A DNA stretch of 64,000 bases from Mustelus asterias (lineage: Eukaryota), in the NCBI RefSeq assembly GCF_964213995.1, contig NW_027590144.1, positions 1,116,001 through 1,180,000 of the forward strand, in the 5' to 3' direction. The notes beneath the pieces were generated by a model. It made no database searches, was not told where the DNA came from, and worked only from the letters and a program-made list of their open reading frames with translations. Position numbers and translations under genes: made by a program. Shown piece after piece: positions 57,150-64,000 of the stretch (positions within the stretch are counted from its first letter, which is position 1; each line of letters starts with the position of its first letter).

Positions 57150-58204
57150 CATTTGCCTACCGTTTGTATTGAAGATTTTGCATTTGTGTGCGTGTGCATG
57201 AGCATCTCGTGCTCTGCGTTAATCTTTGGCTCTGAGTTAATATGTGTTTATGAGTGTTAATGTGCGCGTACATTTGCCAGTGATTGTTGATTTGTGTAGT
57301 TGTGTGTCTGCATCTGTGCGCATATTTTATTATTTTGTCATTGTGTATATATGACTCTCTTATTGTGTGAAGTCTATGAATATATATTAATGCCACTCTT
57401 AATGCCTGCACACGTGTTTATGCCTATTGCTATGTGTTAATTTCTGTCACTCTAATAATGTTTGTTTCCCTTTCTGTGGAGTTGCCAGCGTTGGACTGGG
57501 GTCGGCACAGTAAGTAGTCTCCCAACACCAGGTTAAAGTCCAACAGGTTTATTTGGTTGCACGAGCTTTCGGAGCGTTGCCCCTTCATCAGGTAACTACT
57601 TACTGTTTCCCTTTCTGTGTGCGTCTGTTTCTCCATGTGTCTCTGTGCACGCCTGTTAACATGTCAGTGTATGTATACACGTGTTGACATTCTTTAAAAC
57701 GGTGCGTTGATGTATATTTGTGTTTCGATGTGTAGTAATGTGTGCTCTGGTGTTCTGTTCTATGAGCATGTTAATGTTTGCGTCTACATGTTTGTGTGTA
57801 AATGTTTTGCTGTCTGTTCTTCTATATGCAGTCTGGTGATTTGTTTATATGTATTTCCATATATGTTTGTGAATGTGTATAACATTGTGTGTCTTTATAT
57901 CTATGTTCCTATCAGCGTGAACGTGTGCTAATATATGTATTTATTTGAGTCCAAGTATGTGCTTGTGTATTTATGTGGGTCTGCATGCGTGTGTATCTGT
58001 CTGTATTGTGTCTATGCATGTATGTGTTTGTGTTTGGGTCTGTACCTACTCACGTATGTGTATGTGTATGTACTTGTGTGTTTCATGTGTACATGTGTGC
58101 GTTTGTACATATTTGATTATGTGTGTGTATGTTGTTGTTTTAGTGTCTGTTTGTACAAGAGCGCGTGTCTATGTGTTCGTATGTGTGTGTGTGTGTATGT
58201 GTGC

Positions 58205-58238
<34 letters not shown>

Positions 58239-58722
58239 ATGGGTGTGTCCCTATGTATATTTGTGTACGGATGTGTTTGGGTATGGGTGTATTTTTGTGT
58301 GGGTGTATTTGTGTAAGTGTGTATTTTTGTTTGTGCATGCGTTGCCCATGAGTGCATTTGTGTGTGCATTCTTGTTTCTCTGCATGTGTGTTCGTCTGTG
58401 CAAGTATTGCGTGTACCTATGGTGTGTGAAAGTGTATCTGTTGTGTATTTGTGTGTTTCTGTGTCTGTATTTGAATGTGCCTGTCCCTATTTCTGTATAT
58501 GTATGTGTGTGGGGGTATGTGCATGCGTTTGTGTGTGTATATTTACATGTGTATTTCTGTATTTGTGTGCATATGTGTGAGTATGTGTATTTGTGTGTGT
58601 AGTTGTGCATTTGTGTCGATGTGTGTGTGTGTATGTGTGTGAGTGTGAGTGTGTGTGTGTGCGCTTATGTGTGTATTTATAATTGTGACAGTTTTGTGGA
58701 GTATTGTCAGTGTGTGTATTTT
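57150..58722. repeat. Degenerate (GT)n/(GTAT)-rich low-complexity tract in the CH4-TM1 intron, with a Penelope end at ~57474-57604
   Basis: Read directly; Penelope end flanked by TSD TGTTTCCCTTTCTGTG. Confidence 0.9.
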
Positions 58723-59779
58723 TTAGCTGTTGCTCCAAGTTTCACCGCAATCATTAACTGAAAATGATCCAAACAATACGAATAATGGCGCATATTTTCA
58801 ATGTTTTGCTGTATGAATGTAGTTTATGTGAGTGGCACGGTGATATCAGGAGAACGAATGAAATCATTCATTGATGCATCTCAGAAACATCAGGGACAGA
58901 ACAGTAAAAACCGGGGAGGATTCAATCATTTGTTTCAATTTGCATTATGGGAAATCAATGCCAGGACATGATTAACAGGAACAAGAGTGCAGAAACATTT
59001 TTAAATTATGTTGCATAAGTATATATGCATCACATTGATTAAGATAATGATACTTCAAACTCTGCAGCAAATAAACCGGAAGCTAATTTGTACGGTTGGC
59101 AACTGGGTTCTTCTAGTAGAGAGCTGGTCCCTTCCAAACACGTTACTTGCGAAGAGGGAGGAGAGTGAGCTCATAATTTCCCTCTCTCTACCCGGTGAAG
59201 CAATGTGCCTGATGGTTCTAACCACTGAGGAGGTGGAGGTACAGTGGATTAAATAATGCCATTCCTCCTCTTTTCATTGAGGAAGTGGTGGTACATGGGT
59301 GAGCTACTGCTCTCCCCTCTCTTTGTTGGGTGAGTAGGAATCCGGTATGTTCACAATTTCACTCTCCCCTCTCTCTGATGGGGGGATTGTTGCCCCATGT
59401 TTCTGTGTGACCCTCACTTCAGTTCCCAGTGGGTGTGGTGCAGCAGCTTAAAGCTGACATCAATGGTAAAGGCATGGACAACGAGAGAAGCAGGAACACC
59501 GAGATCTAAATTGTGTTTGTTTGTCAGAAATGTTCAAATTGTCAGATTTCTCCTCAGTGGGAGAAAAGTCGGTGAAGATATTTTGCAGAATACTGTAATG
59601 AAAGTGCTCTACTCTGTCTCTAACACAGGGTGTATCTGAGCTGGGTGCACTGGTTCAACAAGGCTTGGGCCCGAGACGTGAAAATACCTGACTCAAACCA
59701 AAGATACATAGTGGAAGTAAAATTGAAAACCAATCAATTAAGCAATTGGGTATTTCATTTATCGTTGGAGGAAAAAGAT

Positions 59780-59794
59780 TTTATTCTTTTTATT
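59780..59794 (-). terminator. Two AATAAA poly(A) signals for secreted IgM mRNA
   Basis: TTTATT at 59780-59785 and 59789-59794, ~30-40 nt after the secretory stop. Confidence 0.7.
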
Positions 59795-59821
59795 GAAGTT
59801 TTTAATGTAACCGAGTGATTC

Positions 59822-60213
59822 TCATTGACATGAATTAACGGTGTCCATCAGTGCAAGGGAAATGTTCACAAAACTGGGTTTACCGCTGGATTTGTCAACT
59901 GTTCTGTTGATGATCTTCAAGGGGATGGCTTCATGTCCCACCACACAGGAGTAAGAAGCGCCGCTGGACCATTGCTCTGCTGCAATGGATAACAGACTGT
60001 ACATGAAGAAGGAGCTATTGCCGTTCTCCGCGACCACCGCGGTGTTCGTGTAGTTCCCAGGATTCACCGGCTTGTCGTTGACGGTCCACTTGACGAAGAT
60101 CTCTCGCGGGGAGAAACGTCTCACTAAGCAGCTGAGGGAGACGAATCTCTGAGCGGAGACTTCTTCTGCCGAGGGCAGGAGGACAGAGACGGACGGTTCC
60201 CGCGGATTTAGAT
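59822..60213 (-). CDS. IGHM: IgM CH4 + secretory tailpiece (internal donor at 59884/59883 for the membrane form)
   Basis: TTCTGCAG|; SLSCLV...VKW...YSCVVGHEA; tail [20 protein letters not shown] with N-glycan site and penultimate Cys; AGCG|GTAAAC. Confidence 0.95.
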
Positions 60214-60716
60214 CTGCAGAAAATGTAGAATAGATGTCAATAAACTGGAGAATTCTGGAGACAATGAAACTGCTGGCTAGATATCAGAAAAATGTGCTTC
60301 GCTTTCGATTTTAAATGTTTCTATTTTTGACTTCCAGCTTGGAGGAGAGTTGAACGCAATTGTTTTCTCAAATAACTCAGCGGGTTGGACTGGAAAGTTT
60401 CAGAAAGTTCACAGCACTGAATCAGGCTATTCGGCCCAACTGATCGGCTTTATTTTTGGTTTTCTGGTTTTTATGCTCCACATCAGGCTCCTCCCTCCTT
60501 ATTCGATCTAAACCCAATAACATCGCCTTCAGTTCACTTTTCATTCATAAACACATCAAATTTCCCCGTACAAATATCTGCAGGGCCAGAGTCTTTAGTT
60601 AGTGGAGTTTCCACTCAGGGGACACCATTAATGCACTGAATACTGAATATTGACCAGTACACTTCCACTGGAAATAGACACAGTGACGCATTTATTGCTT
60701 CAATCTCTCAGCTCAC

Positions 60717-61025
60717 CTGTTTCCTTGTGGATGGATTTTCTTAAAGGAGTCGGCAGATCCTGATGGCTCACCACGCAGTCAAACACAGCCGCACTCAGCC
60801 AGGCTTGTGTCGAGATGTTTAAGTTGCTGACCACGCTGTCAGGATCCACTCCTGGCATTTCGGCAATCTCTGATTTCAAATACTTCCTGTCTCGGATCCA
60901 GGACACGTTGACTCCATAAGGAGCATTTGAAATGATGCAGGTTAAGGTCACGGTCGCCTCCAGTAATACCTGTTCGATTGGCGGTGGCTGTATCGTCACT
61001 GTGGAGTCAGGGCACTGGGAAGGAT
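60717..61025 (-). CDS. IGHM: IgM CH3 exon
   Basis: TTCACAG|...|GTGAGC, phase 1; TLTC...VSW...[13 protein letters not shown]. Confidence 0.93.
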
Positions 61026-61454
61026 CTGTGAATGAGAAATTAAAATCCACCCTAGTTCTCCTTCAGAAGCAGGACAGCAGTCTTCAGCCGAAAGGAGACG
61101 AAGTCGCCTTCGAGATATCAACCTCTAACTATCGCCTTTCAACTTCTATGGAGGATGGAAAACCAGCCTGCTCTGTGAAATTATTCTCTTTTGTTTAAGT
61201 ATTGTAGCAGCGGTATCATTCTCATGAATCAGCATTGCAGCATTCCCAAACAAATATACCATCCTGAACCCAGGAAAAAAGTACTGGCCGTTGGTTTATA
61301 AATAGGGTGGATGCACTTTCCAATATTTTACCCCTATGGTGTGACCTGTGAAACAGTCCGACACACCTACTGTCTCAGGAAAAAGCTGACATCAAGACCA
61401 CCATGCTCACTATATTACTTCAAAATGGAGGGGAACACTATTGCAAGGGGAGGC

Positions 61455-61750
61455 TGACATGGTGGTGTTGTCAATGGGCTTGTAACGTAGGGCAAGACTC
61501 TGGGGACACAGATTCGAATCTCACCATTGCAGATGGTGAAATTTGAATTTAGCAAAAATCTATGATTAAAAGTCAAATGATCATCATGAAGTCATTGTTG
61601 TAAAAGCCCAGCTGGTTCACGGATGCCCTTTAGAAAAGTAAATCTGCTGTCTTTAGCTGGCCTGGCATGCATGTGACTCCAGGTCCACAGCAATGTGATT
61701 GACACATACATGCCATAAGGGGTGGGCCACAGATGCACATCTCATGAAGA
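61455..61750 (+). mobile_element. SacSINE1/DeuSINE-like SINE in the CH2-CH3 intron
   Basis: B box GATTCGAATC and Deu-like core GTTGTAAAAGCCCAGCTGGTTCAC...CATGTGACTCCAG. Confidence 0.7.
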
Positions 61751-61923
61751 AATAACAAAAATTGCTGTTGTGATGAAATTCTGAATGGGGCACTGTCCTA
61801 ATGCAGCAAACCACATGACAATAACTTGGAAGTTGTTCTGTGCTTTGTACTAACTTTAATAGATTCCTAATTTCGATTAACAGCGGAATGATTTATTTAT
61901 TTTTCTCGGTTTGAGTCTCTTAC

Positions 61924-62229
61924 CCAGAGATCCGCTGATGTTCTGGCTCTGAGTGAATCCTTGATGAGTGACCTGGCAGGTATAGACCGCTTTGCTGAAC
62001 CATTCCTGAGCGGAGACTGTCAACCGACTGCTGGCCGAGAAGTTCCCGTTCACGTCACAGGCGGGAGAGGTGACAATTCCTGAATCTACGGGTTTCCCAT
62101 TCTTCAGCCACTTCACCGTCATTGACTTTGGCTGGAAATCGATGATTGAACAGACGATGGTTGCAAATTTCCTGCTTCTGATTTCTTCACTGGAACTCAC
62201 GGTGAGGATAACGGTTGGGGGAATGTCGC
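61924..62229 (-). CDS. IGHM: IgM CH2 exon
   Basis: GTTGAAG|...|GTAAGA, phase 1; TIVC...VKWLKNG...YTCQVTH. Confidence 0.93.
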
Positions 62230-62309
62230 CTTCAACAAACACATGTTAGACGTTACTTGCCTAATCAATTGATAACAATTAAAATTAGTTGTAATATTTT
62301 CGAAGGGTA

Positions 62310-63045
62310 GCTGTCGACTTGAGAATGATATCCGTGGTTTGGTTAAATGGGCAGGGAAGTGGCGAATCGAATTCAACAGTCAGAAGTGTCACGCAATGCA
62401 TTTGGGGAGGGCAAACAAAGCAAGGGGATAGTCAATAAACTGGAAGGTTGAGAGGGATTGAGGAAATGCGAGACCTTGGAATGCATTTCCACAGGACTTG
62501 TAGATGGTAGGGCAGCTAAAAGTTGATCAAGAAATCATATGGGGTTAGTTCCTCTATTATGTGCGGTATTGAGTACCAAAACAGTAATGTAATGATGGAG
62601 CTGTATAAAATGCCAGTTAGGCCACGTTTGGAGTTTGCTGTACAGTTCTGGTCACCACGTTGCAGGAATGACGTAATGACTCTGGCGAGAGATGAGGTTT
62701 ACAAGAATGTTGCCAGGGCCTGAAAATTGCAGCCATGAAGCGAGATTGGATAGGCAGGGGTTGATCTCCTTAGAAAATGAGGAGGCTGAGGCGTGACGTA
62801 ATTGTGGTTCACAAAATTATAAGGAAGGTAGACAGAAATAATTCATTCCCCAAGTGGAGGGTTGAATTACCACGGAGCATGGTCATTTAAAAGGTATCTG
62901 GGTCTGTATCTCAAGTGCTTTACCCTGCTAGGCTACGGCACAAGGGCTCGAAAATGGGCTAAAATGTCTGGCTAGTTTATTTGTTCTCCCTTTTGGCCAG
63001 CACAGACATGATGGGCTAAATGGCCTCATTCTGCACAGTAACGTT
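62310..63045 (+). mobile_element. Old decayed CR1 fragment in the CH1-CH2 intron
   Basis: LYKMPVRPRLEFAVQFWSP peptide and CR1-type 3'UTR. Confidence 0.75.
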
Positions 63046-63205
63046 TCTGTTGTTTGTTTGGTTCTGAGCAACGTTTCAGTCAGTAGACACTTACCTGGAT
63101 TTTGCTTAATTCAAATTTTTCAGAGTGCTACAAATCAGTTATAACTAAAGACTTATACAGTTCAATCACAGCGTCTCTGTCTTGCCCAGGTTCCACAACA
63201 CTTAC

Positions 63206-63505
63206 ATTGCATTTCTATGCTCTTGACTGAGCCGCTGTGTCGAACCTCACAGTCAATTTTGGGGCATTCTCCCTCTGAGTCAGTGATGGTTAACTGGCTG
63301 CTCAGTGTGTAGGTTCCCTTCGTGTTTCTCACTGACGGGTAAGTCTTAAATCCAGTGTTAACCAGCTGTCCATTTTTCTTCCAGGTGAGACTGGTGATTT
63401 CTGGAGAGTAGTCCATCGCCAAACAGCCATAGGTGACGGAGCCGTCGGTGTTTTTTTGCTGACAGGAGGAAACCAGGCTGTAGAGAGTGGGCGGAGACGG
63501 TGCCG
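63206..63505 (-). CDS. IGHM: IgM CH1 exon
   Basis: TTTTCCCAG|...|GTAAGT; [45 protein letters not shown]...[17 protein letters not shown], 300 bp in frame. Confidence 0.93.
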
Positions 63506-64000
63506 CTGGGAAAAAAATAGCCGAATGAAAACGTTAGACTCTTACTTGTGTTTATCAATTAATCAAACATGTTTAGACAAATATATGTTTCTATCAGATG
63601 TCGCGCTTGGGGCTAAAGGGGGGGGGGGTCAAGGGATGGGGAGTAGGCGGGAACAGGATATTGATGAGCCATGATCAAAATAAATGGCGGAACAGGCTCA
63701 AAGGGCCGAATGGCATCCTCCTGCTTCTATTTTCTATGTTTCTACATCACGATTTTTTAGAATTATGAACTTATCCTCATATTTCCCGATTAAAACCTGC
63801 ATCCACCTTTGAGATTCTGTTACTTCTATCATTTAGGAATCGTCATCTCTGTAGAACATCCCTGTCTCCACCTCCATCAGACTGGAAAGAAAAAAAAACA
63901 TTCTGTGCGATCGAAATGACATACCATTGCTTGGTATAATATAGAAGAGCACGATTTTCTCCATTATTTCAGCAACTATTTGTTTCTCAAACAACAGCAC

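Noticed and set aside
57157-58738. Cys/Val- and His/Thr-rich ORFs
   Set aside because: Translations of GT/CA low-complexity sequence
56331-63505. IgNAR, IgW or IgM1gj instead of conventional IgM
   Set aside because: Four C exons including CH2, with shark-mu-type CH1 and tailpiece, fit conventional IgM

Overview
Vertebrate genomic DNA, almost certainly from a cartilaginous fish (shark-type IgM constant exons, HE1/SacSINE1-like SINEs, shark-type CR1 LINEs). About 1-55 kb is a cluster of effector-less tandem C2H2 zinc-finger (ZNF) genes in head-to-head pairs around three paralogous bidirectional CCAAT/GC-box promoters (~7.55-8.06, 30.6-31.2 and 44.7-45.1 kb). The cluster is densely invaded by retroelements: an intact Tx1-clade LINE in head-to-tail tandem, a CR1 with intact ORF2 plus many CR1 fragments, Penelope-like elements with hammerhead motifs, a decayed R2/NeSL-type RLE element, Rex1-like fragments and SINEs. 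About 56.3-63.5 kb holds an apparently intact IgM heavy-chain constant region on the minus strand (CH1-CH4, secretory tail, TM1, TM2); V/D/J would lie beyond the window. The most interesting signal is an apparent ZNF-gene-targeting retroelement system. The Tx1 LINE sits in non-coding exon 1 of a ZNF unit and has a tRNA-Val-like head. A 104-bp tRNA-His-headed element with the same 45-nt 3' tail sits at the homologous position of another paralog. Penelope-like elements have repeatedly hit one sequence, (TG)TCCAGGACAGGA, the exon-2 splice acceptor, in three paralogs. All comparisons were made by eye; no database search was run.
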